A stretch of DNA of 64,000 bases, taken from assembly GCA_964430705.1 (NCBI GenBank), contig CAYSGJ010000186.1, positions 892 through 64,891 on the forward strand, given 5' to 3'. The translations under genes were made by a program, and so were the position numbers. This stretch comes from an uncultured Desulfobacterales bacterium. GTDB taxonomy: Bacteria; Desulfobacterota; Desulfobacteria; Desulfobacterales; C00003060. The notes under the pieces are model-generated. The model saw only the letters and a program-made list of their open reading frames with translations, was not told the origin of the DNA and ran no database searches. Of this stretch, positions 18,432 through 27,522 are shown piece after piece (within the stretch, counting starts at the first letter, position 1; each line of letters begins with the position of its first letter).

Positions 18432-20828
18432 ATGACTTCAGACACTGTGGGCAATCTCTACCAGACTTTAGAATTTCACAAGGTGCTTGAGGACTTGGCC
18501 CGCAGAACCCACTGTGCCCTTTCGGCCGAACGTCTTCGGCGCCTCAAACCGCTACCAAGCCGGGCACGCGTCCGGCAAAGCCTCGATAGGATTTCCGAGG
18601 TCCGCACGTTCATGGACTTGGGAGGCTCTGTGTCCATGGATCCTTTTGAGGACATCCGAAAAGACTTGAAAGGCGCATCCATTGAGGGAGCCTACCTGGA
18701 TCCGGAGGCCTTCGGCCGAATTTACAGGCTTCTTGCCCTGACGTCTCGGATGGAAAGATTCCTTACACAGCACCGCGCCAACCTGCCTCATATCTTTAAA
18801 ATTGGCCGGGCCCTCGCCCCGCGTCCCGGACTGGCGGATCAAATCGTGAAAGTCATTGATCTGCAATCCCTGGATATCCGGAACAGTGCCAGCGCCAGGC
18901 TTGCAACCCTCAGGCGGGATTTGGCCGGAACCCGTGAACGGGTCCGAAAGCAGCTTGAGGACCTGCTGAGCGCATTGGCCAACAAGGGGGTCCTGCAAGA
19001 ACGCTTCATTACCGAACGATCCGGCCGGTGGGTCATCCCCGTGAAAGAAACCCATCGGCACCTGGTGAAGGGGGTGTTGCACGACAAATCAGCCAGCGGG
19101 GCCACTGCGTTTATTGAGCCGCTTAAAACGTTGGAACTTAACAACCGGATCCGCCGTCTGGAAGCAGAGGAACGTCACGAGGTGGAGAAAGTGCTCCGTC
19201 TCCTGACCGATTCTGTTCGCCAAGCATCAGAGGCATTGGAAGCTGACCTAGAGGTTCTGGTCAGCCTCGACTGTATCCTGGCCAAGGCACTGACCTCCAA
19301 GACCCTGGATCAACATGCTCCGGCCATCAATAACGGCGGGGCGTTGTGGATCAAAAACGGGCGGCACCCACTGTTGACCTTGAAAGAAACGCCGGAGACC
19401 CAGGTGGTTCCCCTGACATTGTCCATTGGAGAAGGTTTTAACACCCTGGTCATTACCGGCCCCAATGCCGGGGGCAAGACCGTAGCCCTCAAGACAATCG
19501 GACTTCTTGCCCTCATGGTTGGCTGCGGTCTTCACATACCCGCGGATGCCGATTCACATATCCCCATATTTGGTCAAATTTTTGCCTATGTGGGAGATGC
19601 CCAGTCCATTGAAATGGACTTATCCACCTTCTCCGCCCACCTTCGAGACCTCAAGCATGTGGTCGATACGAGTGCGCCCGGAGACCTTGTCCTTGTAGAT
19701 GAAATAGGCACCGGCACCGATCCCCAGGAAGGCTCGGCGCTCGCCATGGCCGTACTCGAAACGCTGACGACCGGAGGCGTAATGACAGCCGTGACAACCC
19801 ACCACGGCACGCTCAAGGCTTTTGCCCATGAGACGCCGGGAATTGCCAACGGCTCCATGGCCTTTGATGGGCAGACCCTTGTTCCCACCTACCAGTTCTG
19901 CCCGGATGTTCCCGGTTCAAGCTATGCCTTTGAAATCGCCCAACGCCTGGGATTGTCTGAAACCGTCATCGCCCGGGCCCGATCGCTAACAGGATCCCAG
20001 GCAACCCATCTGGAAGAGCTGGTCCAGGAATTGGGCCGGCAGATCGACGACAACAGGCAACTGAAAAGAACCCTGGACGCACAGAAGGCTGCGGCGGACC
20101 GGTTGGCGCGGTTATATGAGATGGAAACCAGCCGCTTGAAGAAAGAAACCGATGCCGTGCGCCGACAGGCTGTGCAAGAGGCCGGAGCCATTATTAAAAA
20201 CGCCAATGCCGCCATAGAAGAAGCCATTCGCACGGTACGTCATGGCGGAGCCGGCAAAAAAGCCATTCATGAGGCCAAGGCCCTTATTCAAAAACAAAAA
20301 GAAACCTTGGACTCGGAAATGGCGCGCGTGCTGCCGCTGCAAGAGTCAGCGACAAATACGTACCAAAAAGATGGATTCCCAACGGCCAGTCAGGTTATCT
20401 GGGCGCGCAATGGCATGGTAGGAACGGTATTGGATGAGGAAAGTCCGGAAGGCCGAGTACTCGTAGCATTTGACAGGCTGAAGGTCCACGTACCAAGGCA
20501 TGAACTGAAAAGAACCCATATAGTGGAAAAGCCTCTGGCGGCAGGCACCTCCGCTGTAAGCGTTTCTATTCCCGGAAATCTCAAAACAGAGCTCGACATT
20601 CGTGGAATGCGGGTTCAAGAAGCATTGGATGTAGTGGACAAGTTTTTGGATGACTCGGCTTTGGCCGGATCAAAGGAGGTGCGGATTATCCACGGTGTGG
20701 GAACAGGAGCTCTTCGTGAAAGCCTCGGCGCCTTTTTAAGGGAACATCCCCACGTTCTCAAAGCCCGGGTGGGATATGCCGGGCAGGCCAATCCCGGAAT
20801 AACGATCGTGACTATGGAAACCGACTAA
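18432..20828 (+). CDS. mutS2: Endonuclease MutS2 (MutS domain V ATPase plus C-terminal Smr)
   Basis: The start is chosen at MTSDTVGNLYQTLEFHKVLEDL. Walker A is ITGPNAGGKTVALKT. The C-terminal Smr domain reads LDIRGMRVQEALDVVDKFLDDSALAGSKEVRIIHGVGTGALR. Confidence 0.92.
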   Translation: MTSDTVGNLYQTLEFHKVLEDLARRTHCALSAERLRRLKPLPSRARVRQSLDRISEVRTFMDLGGSVSMDPFEDIRKDLKGASIEGAYLDPEAFGRIYRLLALTSRMERFLTQHRANLPHIFKIGRALAPRPGLADQIVKVIDLQSLDIRNSASARLATLRRDLAGTRERVRKQLEDLLSALANKGVLQERFITERSGRWVIPVKETHRHLVKGVLHDKSASGATAFIEPLKTLELNNRIRRLEAEERHEVEKVLRLLTDSVRQASEALEADLEVLVSLDCILAKALTSKTLDQHAPAINNGGALWIKNGRHPLLTLKETPETQVVPLTLSIGEGFNTLVITGPNAGGKTVALKTIGLLALMVGCGLHIPADADSHIPIFGQIFAYVGDAQSIEMDLSTFSAHLRDLKHVVDTSAPGDLVLVDEIGTGTDPQEGSALAMAVLETLTTGGVMTAVTTHHGTLKAFAHETPGIANGSMAFDGQTLVPTYQFCPDVPGSSYAFEIAQRLGLSETVIARARSLTGSQATHLEELVQELGRQIDDNRQLKRTLDAQKAAADRLARLYEMETSRLKKETDAVRRQAVQEAGAIIKNANAAIEEAIRTVRHGGAGKKAIHEAKALIQKQKETLDSEMARVLPLQESATNTYQKDGFPTASQVIWARNGMVGTVLDEESPEGRVLVAFDRLKVHVPRHELKRTHIVEKPLAAGTSAVSVSIPGNLKTELDIRGMRVQEALDVVDKFLDDSALAGSKEVRIIHGVGTGALRESLGAFLREHPHVLKARVGYAGQANPGITIVTMETD

Positions 20829-20903
20829 ACCGTTCTTGGATATGGACCATGAAGCCTGAATATCGACTGGAAGGTACGCTCCGAGGACCGTGGTCTTTTG
20901 TTG

Positions 20904-21884
20904 TCAATCCGACAGGCGGGTCCGGTTGCCGCCATCTTTTTTGGCCATATACATGGCCTTGTCCGCCCGCTTCGTTAGCTCTTCCCAACCCTCCTCTTGC
21001 TGTCGTTCCGCAATGCCGACGCTGACCGTGGCCGTAAATTTTTGACCCGGTTCCGGAGTAAATCCGGCAGCACAAAACTCCTCCCGGATCCTTTCAGCAA
21101 CCGTTACGGCTTCTTGTCCATGAGTCATGGGAAGAATGGCGGTAAATTCATCGCCGCCATATCGATAACCGGTGTCGTTCTTGCGCATACATCCCCGGAT
21201 GATCTCGCCAAGCGTCGACAGGACCTTGTCTCCTTCCAGGTGGCCATACGTATCATTGAAATGTTTAAAGCCGTCTATGTCAAGAAGCAAGAGCGACAGG
21301 GGGTGGTTGTAGCGGGCGGCACGGTCGATCTCGGACTGAATTTGTTCGAAGAAATGCCTTGAATTGAACAACTTGGTCAGGTTGTCCGTAAGCGTGAGTT
21401 CTCGCAGGCGTTTTTCCATCTGGCGCCGCTCCGCGATGAGCTTGCGTTCATTGAGAACCCGCTTAAGCCTGGCAACCAATTCTTCTGGTCTAACGGGCTT
21501 TTGCGCAAAGTCGCTGGCCCCTTTTTCCAGGGCTTCCTCATAGGAAAACGCATCTCCGTACCCGGTAATGATGATCACGTCGGAGTTGTATTTTTCTTTT
21601 ATGGTTTCGGTGAGTTCGAGCCCGTTGCAGCCGGGCATGATAATGTCTGTGATCACTACGTCCACCGGTTCACGGTCCAGAAACGCCAACGCCTCTTTTG
21701 CTCCGCAAGCCCCGGAGCATGCATGACCGGCCTGGCGGATAACATCGCAAAGAATAGTCCTGACGGACTCCTCATCGTCAACAACGAGTACCCTGGGAAC
21801 AAGAGAATCCGCAGCAGCGCTTTTACGGGTGTGTTCAGCGGCATTTGGTTGCGCGTCGGGGCTGTTTTTTGCCTCATCGGTCAT
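20904..21884 (-). CDS. Response-regulator receiver + GGDEF diguanylate cyclase
   Basis: The REC domain has RVLVVDDEESVRTIL...DVVITDIIMPGCNG. The GGDEF domain has YRYGGDEFTAILP. The start is trimmed to MTDEAKN because the longer ORF overlaps the tRNA-Ser gene. Confidence 0.88.
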   Translation of the reverse strand: MTDEAKNSPDAQPNAAEHTRKSAAADSLVPRVLVVDDEESVRTILCDVIRQAGHACSGACGAKEALAFLDREPVDVVITDIIMPGCNGLELTETIKEKYNSDVIIITGYGDAFSYEEALEKGASDFAQKPVRPEELVARLKRVLNERKLIAERRQMEKRLRELTLTDNLTKLFNSRHFFEQIQSEIDRAARYNHPLSLLLLDIDGFKHFNDTYGHLEGDKVLSTLGEIIRGCMRKNDTGYRYGGDEFTAILPMTHGQEAVTVAERIREEFCAAGFTPEPGQKFTATVSVGIAERQQEEGWEELTKRADKAMYMAKKDGGNRTRLSD

Positions 21885-21930
21885 GTTTCGCTGCTGATTG
21901 AAAAGGTCTACAACCGGGTGGCAGGGAATG

Positions 21931-22023
21931 TGGCGGAGAGAGAGGGATTCGAACCCTCGGTGCAACTTTAACCGCACACTCGCTTAGCAGGCGAGCGCCT
22001 TCAGCCGACTCGGCCATCTCTCC
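21931..22023 (-). tRNA. tRNA-Ser (anticodon GCT), CCA encoded
   Basis: The reverse complement is GGAGAGATGGCCGAGTCGGCTGAAGGCGCTCGCCTGCTAAGCGAG...GGTTCGAATCCCTCTCTCTCCGCCA. The acceptor stem is GGAGAGA/TCTCTCC, the anticodon loop is CT-GCT-AA, and there is a long variable arm. Confidence 0.9.
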
Positions 22024-22088
22024 AATATCCTGCTTTTAGACAACGATCAAACAAATGCCGATCTCAGATTGGATGAAGCCGGGATCCG

Positions 22089-22176
22089 TGGCGGAGGGAG
22101 TAGGATTCGAACCCACGTTCCGTTGCCGGAAAACGGTTTTCAAGACCGCCGCCTTCAACCACTCGGCCATCCCTCC
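22089..22176 (-). tRNA. tRNA-Ser (anticodon TGA), CCA encoded
   Basis: The reverse complement is GGAGGGATGGCCGAGTGGTTGAAGGCGGCGGTCTTGAAAACCGTT...GGTTCGAATCCTACTCCCTCCGCCA. The acceptor stem is GGAGGGA/TCCCTCC and the anticodon loop is CT-TGA-AA. Confidence 0.9.
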
Positions 22177-22251
22177 CCTCATGGCGAATTACGCATTATC
22201 CCATTGGCTTAATCATTATCAAACCATAGAATTTTCGTCAAGAAATAGGTG

Positions 22252-22488
22252 CTACTGGTTTCCAAACCCCCGCAATTCCCCACAATCCGGGCAGGTCCAA
22301 ATGATACCATTACACGTCATACCCCACAGATTTTCTTCCATGCACTCGGAACAGATTTCGAACCCGCAGCGGCAAACCCAGCAAAACGGCAGTGTCTTAT
22401 CGCATGCATGACAACGGTAGTTTCTATTGCGTCTGTATTTTTGTCTGTATCGGCTCAGCGGCTTGGTTTCTTTGTTCATATTTTTCAC
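22252..22488 (-). CDS. Small basic Cys-rich (multi-CxxC, zinc-ribbon-like) protein
   Basis: 78 aa with motifs CHAC...CWVCRC...CSEC...C...CPDC after a Lys/Arg-rich N-terminus. No family recognised. Confidence 0.5.
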   Translation of the reverse strand: MKNMNKETKPLSRYRQKYRRNRNYRCHACDKTLPFCWVCRCGFEICSECMEENLWGMTCNGIIWTCPDCGELRGFGNQ

Positions 22489-22571
22489 CTGTTTTGCGAT
22501 CCTATATTAATACACGATCACGTATTGTCTATGTTGTCATGGTCCGAAATTCATGCTAACCGTCACATGCT

Positions 22572-25253
22572 ATGAATGCTCCGGAAAAAACCATCTACCT
22601 CGTTGACGGAAGTGGTTATATATACCGTGCTTACCACGCTGTCCGCAACCTTTCCACCCGCAAGGGATTGCCCACAAACGCCACGTTCGGCTTTACGAAT
22701 ATGCTGATGAAGCTTCTCTCTGAGAAGAATCCTGTATACATGGTCATGGCTTTTGATGCAAAGGGCCCCACCTTTCGCCACGAGATATACCGGGATTACA
22801 AGGCCAACCGCCCCCCCATGCCCGAAGATCTGGTTGAACAAATACCCTATATCAAACAAGTGGTCGAAGGGTTCAACATTCCCTCCGAAGAACTTCCAGG
22901 TTACGAAGCGGATGACATTATCGGCACGATCGTTCACGTTGCGACAAAGATGGGCTTCAGGGTCGTCATGGTTACAGGCGATAAAGACTTCAAACAGCTC
23001 GTCTCACCCGCGGCCAGCATATGGGATCCCATGCGTGACCGGACGACGCACTATGAGGGATTGAAAAAGGACTTCGGCCTGGAGCCGCCCCAGTGGATCG
23101 ATGTGATGGCCCTGGCCGGAGATACCTCAGACAATATTCCCGGCGTGCCGGGTATTGGGGAAAAGACGGCGATTCGGTTAATAAGGGATTTCGGAGATCT
23201 TGAAACCCTCTTGCAGAGCCTTGATAAGATCAAGCAAAAAAAACTTCACGAAAATCTTTCCAGGTTCACTGAACAGGCCAAGATCAGTCGTCAGCTCGTG
23301 ACGATCAATACCCAGGCGCCTTTTGTTGTAGATCCGACGGCCTATAAGGTTTGCGGGCCTGACAGAGAAAAACTGGCCCATCTTTTCAGCACCCTGGAAT
23401 TTCGTAAACTCCAGGAAAAGTTTCCGCCGAAAAGGGACTTCACCCGGAAGTCCTACCGGGCGGTCACGGACGCCGCCGCCTTAAGCGCCCTTATTGAGGC
23501 ACTGCAATCGTCGGAAGTTTTTGCCATCGATCTTGAGACAACGGCCAAAGACCCCATGACGGCGGCTATTGTGGGCCTTTCTTTTTCGTACCGCCCGAAT
23601 GAAGGGTATTACATACCCCTTGCTCACCGTGACGAGAACGGGCAGCAGCAGATTGAAGAAAAAGTCGCCTTTTCCCTTCTGAGGCCTCTCCTCGAAGATC
23701 CGGATCTGGCAAAAGTCGGGCAAAATATCAAGTACGACTGGATCGTGTTGAAGCGTCACGGCATTGAATTAAGGGGCGTTGTCTTTGATTCCATGGTGGC
23801 GTCTTATCTCCTGGATCCCACCCGGCGGTCTCACAGCCTGGAATCCATAGCTGCAGAGCATCTGAACTACACCATGGTGACCTATAAAGAGATCACCGGA
23901 GACCAAAAGGGCAAGAAGGGCTTTGACGAAGTCTCCATCAAGGATGCCGTGCACTACGCATCCGAAGACGCAGACATTACTTTCATGGCCTACAAAACGC
24001 TGGAGCCGAAACTAAAAAAGGGCCGATTTGAATCTCTGTTTAAAGACGTGGAGATCCCGCTCATTGAAGTTTTAGTCCACATGGAAATGACCGGGATTTC
24101 CGTGGATAAGAATCGCCTGAAAGACATATCAAAGGACTTCCAACAGCAGCTTCTGCACATAGAAAAGCGAATATACGCCATTGCCGGAGAACAGTTCAAC
24201 ATCCAATCACACCAACAATTGGGTGACATCCTTTTTGAAAGGCTGGGACTCCCTGTTCAAAAAAAGACAAAAAAGACGAAAGGCTATTCCACGGACGTGG
24301 AAGTCCTTAAGGCCCTATCCTTGGAACACGAACTGCCCGCCCTGGTCCTTCAGTACCGGTCTTTGGCGAAGCTCAAATCGACGTATGCAGACGCCATTGT
24401 CGATCTCATTCATCCACAAACCGGACGCATCCACACGTCGTTCAACCAGACGATCACGGCGACGGGGCGTTTGAGCAGCAGTACCCCCAATTTGCAGAAC
24501 ATCCCCATACGCACCGAAGAGGGCAGGAAGATTCGGGCCGCCTTTGTACCTAGAAAAGGGTGGCTTATGTTATCTGCAGACTATTCCCAGATTGAACTCA
24601 GGCTTCTGGCCCACTATTCGGGAGATCCTATTCTTGTTGAGGCCTTTGAGAAAGACGAAGACATCCATACCCGCACGGCAGCGGAAGTGTTTCAGATCTT
24701 CCCGGCAATGGTCACACCGGAATTGCGCCGCCAGGCCAAAGTCATCAACTTTGGAATTATCTACGGAATGGGGGCCTTTAGGTTGGCCAAAGAACTGGGC
24801 ATCAGCCAAAAGATGGCAAAAATTTATATTGAACACTATTTCACCACATACAAAGGGGTAAAACGTTTCATAGAAAAGACCATCGAAGACGCTAGAAAGG
24901 TCGGCAAGGTCCGCACTTTACTGGATCGTCATCGGTGGCTGCCGGACATCTTAAGCCCAAATCGTAATTTGCGAGAGTTTGCCGAACGCACTGCTGTAAA
25001 CACCCCCCTTCAGGGCACAGCCGCGGACCTTATCAAGGTGGCCATGGTTCGGATACACCACGGCTTAGCAAAAAAGGGGATGAAGGCAAAAATGCTCTTG
25101 CAGGTGCATGACGAATTGGTCTTTGAGGCGCCCCACGGAGAACAGGAAGAGACATCCGAAACGGTCAAATCGATAATGGAAGGCGTGTACGAGCTCAGGG
25201 TCCCCCTGAAAGTGAATATCGCTTGGGGAGAAAACTGGGCGGAAGCCCACTAG
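22572..25253 (+). CDS. polA: DNA polymerase I
   Basis: 893 aa. It has the 5' nuclease (YLVDGSGYIYRAYHA), a 3'-5' exonuclease-like domain and the polymerase motifs (LLSADYSQIELRLLAH, QVHDELVFE). Confidence 0.97.
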   Translation: MNAPEKTIYLVDGSGYIYRAYHAVRNLSTRKGLPTNATFGFTNMLMKLLSEKNPVYMVMAFDAKGPTFRHEIYRDYKANRPPMPEDLVEQIPYIKQVVEGFNIPSEELPGYEADDIIGTIVHVATKMGFRVVMVTGDKDFKQLVSPAASIWDPMRDRTTHYEGLKKDFGLEPPQWIDVMALAGDTSDNIPGVPGIGEKTAIRLIRDFGDLETLLQSLDKIKQKKLHENLSRFTEQAKISRQLVTINTQAPFVVDPTAYKVCGPDREKLAHLFSTLEFRKLQEKFPPKRDFTRKSYRAVTDAAALSALIEALQSSEVFAIDLETTAKDPMTAAIVGLSFSYRPNEGYYIPLAHRDENGQQQIEEKVAFSLLRPLLEDPDLAKVGQNIKYDWIVLKRHGIELRGVVFDSMVASYLLDPTRRSHSLESIAAEHLNYTMVTYKEITGDQKGKKGFDEVSIKDAVHYASEDADITFMAYKTLEPKLKKGRFESLFKDVEIPLIEVLVHMEMTGISVDKNRLKDISKDFQQQLLHIEKRIYAIAGEQFNIQSHQQLGDILFERLGLPVQKKTKKTKGYSTDVEVLKALSLEHELPALVLQYRSLAKLKSTYADAIVDLIHPQTGRIHTSFNQTITATGRLSSSTPNLQNIPIRTEEGRKIRAAFVPRKGWLMLSADYSQIELRLLAHYSGDPILVEAFEKDEDIHTRTAAEVFQIFPAMVTPELRRQAKVINFGIIYGMGAFRLAKELGISQKMAKIYIEHYFTTYKGVKRFIEKTIEDARKVGKVRTLLDRHRWLPDILSPNRNLREFAERTAVNTPLQGTAADLIKVAMVRIHHGLAKKGMKAKMLLQVHDELVFEAPHGEQEETSETVKSIMEGVYELRVPLKVNIAWGENWAEAH

Positions 25254-25420
25254 GATTCCTCTTTTTCTTCAGAGCCATAGGCCGACACTGCTTCTTTGAC
25301 ACTTTTGAAAACGCTTTTGAACACTTCGTCAAAGGTGGTTGGCGATACCCGCCCAACCTCTATGAACTTGGCCACAATCTCCTTGGTTATCTTCAACACG
25401 TGCTCATCAAGCTTTTTCAT
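25250..25420 (-). CDS. Small hypothetical protein (56 aa)
   Basis: MKKLDEHVLKITKEIVAKFIEVGRVSPTTFDEVFKSVFKSVKEAVSAYGSEEKEES. Its stop overlaps the polA stop within CTAG. Confidence 0.4.
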   Translation of the reverse strand: MKKLDEHVLKITKEIVAKFIEVGRVSPTTFDEVFKSVFKSVKEAVSAYGSEEKEES

Positions 25421-25672
25421 AACGGCTCCCTGAACCGGATAAACCGGAACCAAAAATAACGAATTAATCACGAAAGTATGAACACACAAAACCCCGGACA
25501 TGTTTCCTGCTCGCGCTTTGCGGCTTGCCCTTTGTAAACGGCACGATCTTTGGGGGTTTCAAGGCTGCAGGGTTTTATATCACAAACGGCCCTGTTGCGA
25601 AAGATTTGCGCAATGGAGCCGGCAACCTTCCAAACCCTTGACAATGTCCGGTTGTTTTGGTATTCGGCTGCC

Positions 25673-25832
25673 TATGTACGCATTGGAAGGCATTGAAACA
25701 AACGACGTCAATGACCTCTGGTGCTGTTGGCGGCACGATTGGAAGGAGGGGGCTGCCGGCAACCCGAGGTAAACATCGACATGTTAAACAAATCCAAGCC
25801 GTGGGCAGTTCTTAGGAATCCGCGGCTTTTTT
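25673..25832 (+). ncRNA. Candidate structured leader/sRNA ending in an intrinsic terminator, upstream of the TRAP operon
   Basis: A possible promoter is TTGACA (25638) -17 nt- TATTCG. The hairpins are CATTGA/TCAATG (25691/25708), GTTGGCGGCA/TGCCGGCAAC (25726/25754) and AACAT-cgac-ATGTT (25772-85). The terminator is AAGCCGTGGG...TCCGCGGCTT followed by TTTTTT (25796-25832). No class recognised. Confidence 0.3.
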
Positions 25833-25980
25833 ATTGTGTATACAAAAACCTGGTTTCCAGGATCACGGCGAGGCGGGCATTGCCCCATGATGCGTTTTGT
25901 GGAAATGTAAAGATGTATTTAGAATAGAATTGCAGTATGTCGAGGTTAGGCGTATCGCCCTAGAAAAGGAGGATCGGGAA

Positions 25981-27006
25981 ATGAAACACAGGATCGGATG
26001 GTTGGTTGTCGGCATTGTCTTGGCTGGTCTTTTGGCGCCTCTGTGCAGCCCGTCGGTATCGGTGGCGGGGCCCATCACCCTCAGTTACGCGAATTTCCCC
26101 CCGGCTCCCACGTTTCCGTGTGTCCAGATGGAAAAGTGGAAGGCAGAGGTTGAAAAACGCACCGACGGCAAGGTCGCCATCAACACATACCCCGGAGGCA
26201 CCCTGCTGGACGCTAAAAATATGATGGACGGCGTGATTGCGGGCCAGGCCGATATTGGTTGTTTGTGCATGGCTTATCAACCAGGGCGGTTTGTGATCAC
26301 CAATGCCGTAAGCCTTCCTCTCGGGATACCCAATTCACGGGTGGGAAGTCTCGTGCTTTGGGATCTTTACAAAAAATACGAGCCGGAGGCTTTCTCCAAG
26401 GTGAAAGTGCTCACCATGTTCACAACGGCTCCTTCGAACATTATGTCTAAAATCCCCATCAGGACCCTGAAAGACATCAAGGGGGTGGACCTGCGAGCCT
26501 CTGGTGGTGCGGCACAGATTCTCAAGGCATGGGGCGCCAATCCCGTGGGGATGCCTATGCCGGCCACGCCGGAGGCCCTGCAAAAAGGTGTGGTAAAAGG
26601 CCTGTTCTCGTCTCTTGAGGTGATGAAAGATTTTAAGTTTGCCGAGCTGTGCGGTTATGTAACCATCACGGATGCGGCCGTGTATCCCTTTGCCGTTGTG
26701 ATGAACATGGACAAGTGGAACGCCCTTCCCAAAGACGTGCAGAAAACCATGGACGATTTGGGAACGCAGCAGGCGGCATGGACAGGCACGTACATGGACA
26801 ATCATGTGGATGAATCCATTGCCTGGTCTCGGGACACGCACAAGGTTGAAGTCATTACACTTTCAACACCGGACAAGGCCCAGTGGGATGCATTGCTCAG
26901 CCCCATGACCGCCGAATGGATCAAGGACGGGAAAGCAAAAGGCCTTCCCGCAGAAGCGATTGTCGGAGATATTCAGGCATTTGCCAAGATGTATGCGGGC
27001 GAGTAG
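25981..27006 (+). CDS. TRAP transporter substrate-binding protein (DctP-type)
   Basis: The start is at MKHRIGWLVVGIVLAGLLAPL (signal peptide) after an AAGGAGGA RBS. Layout is DctP-family. Confidence 0.85.
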   Translation: MKHRIGWLVVGIVLAGLLAPLCSPSVSVAGPITLSYANFPPAPTFPCVQMEKWKAEVEKRTDGKVAINTYPGGTLLDAKNMMDGVIAGQADIGCLCMAYQPGRFVITNAVSLPLGIPNSRVGSLVLWDLYKKYEPEAFSKVKVLTMFTTAPSNIMSKIPIRTLKDIKGVDLRASGGAAQILKAWGANPVGMPMPATPEALQKGVVKGLFSSLEVMKDFKFAELCGYVTITDAAVYPFAVVMNMDKWNALPKDVQKTMDDLGTQQAAWTGTYMDNHVDESIAWSRDTHKVEVITLSTPDKAQWDALLSPMTAEWIKDGKAKGLPAEAIVGDIQAFAKMYAGE

Positions 27007-27030
27007 GCAACATGTCGCAGAAAAAATGCC

Positions 27031-27522
27031 ATGGCCTTTCTGGAAAAAATCAATAGCGTTTTAAATAAAATTCTGATGGGCATCGCCGGCCTTTTTCTTG
27101 TGGCAATGATTGCCATGACCTGCGCAAACATTTTTCTCCGTCTGACCTGGGTCCCGTTGAGCGGCACTTTCGAATTGATGGGATATTTCAGCGCTGTGGC
27201 AACGGCTTTTGCGTTGGGGTTTACCCAAATGCATCGCGGCCATGTGGCTGTGGATATTGTTGTAAGCCGCTTTTCTAAAAGGACCCGCAGGACGCTCAAT
27301 GGCGTCAACTATTTTGTGTGCATGGTTTTCTTCGCCTTGGCGGCCTGGCAGATAACTTGTTACGGCTTAACCCTACTGGGAACGGGGGAGGTCACGGAAA
27401 CCCTTAGAATCGTTTACTATCCCTTTACTTTTGCCGTAGCCCTGGGGTGTGGCGTTTTATCCCTGGTTTTCCTCACGGATTTTCTCAGATCCGTATTTCG
27501 TGTCAAAGCAGGTGGGAAATGA
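27031..27522 (+). CDS. TRAP transporter small permease (DctQ-type)
   Basis: 163-aa protein with about four TM segments between the DctP and DctM genes. It has an ATGA stop/start overlap with the next gene. Confidence 0.85.
   Translation: MAFLEKINSVLNKILMGIAGLFLVAMIAMTCANIFLRLTWVPLSGTFELMGYFSAVATAFALGFTQMHRGHVAVDIVVSRFSKRTRRTLNGVNYFVCMVFFALAAWQITCYGLTLLGTGEVTETLRIVYYPFTFAVALGCGVLSLVFLTDFLRSVFRVKAGGK

Noticed and set aside
20436-20448. GAGGAAAGTCCGG, resembling the conserved P4 region of RNase P RNA
   Set aside because: It lies in frame inside mutS2 (…LDEESPEGRV…). None of the other RNase P conserved elements are nearby, so it is coincidental.
25250-25253. polA stop (TAG) and the convergent small-ORF stop (CTA) overlapping within CTAG
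   Set aside because: This is real in the sequence but is a trivial consequence of a palindromic tetranucleotide. It is not evidence of function.
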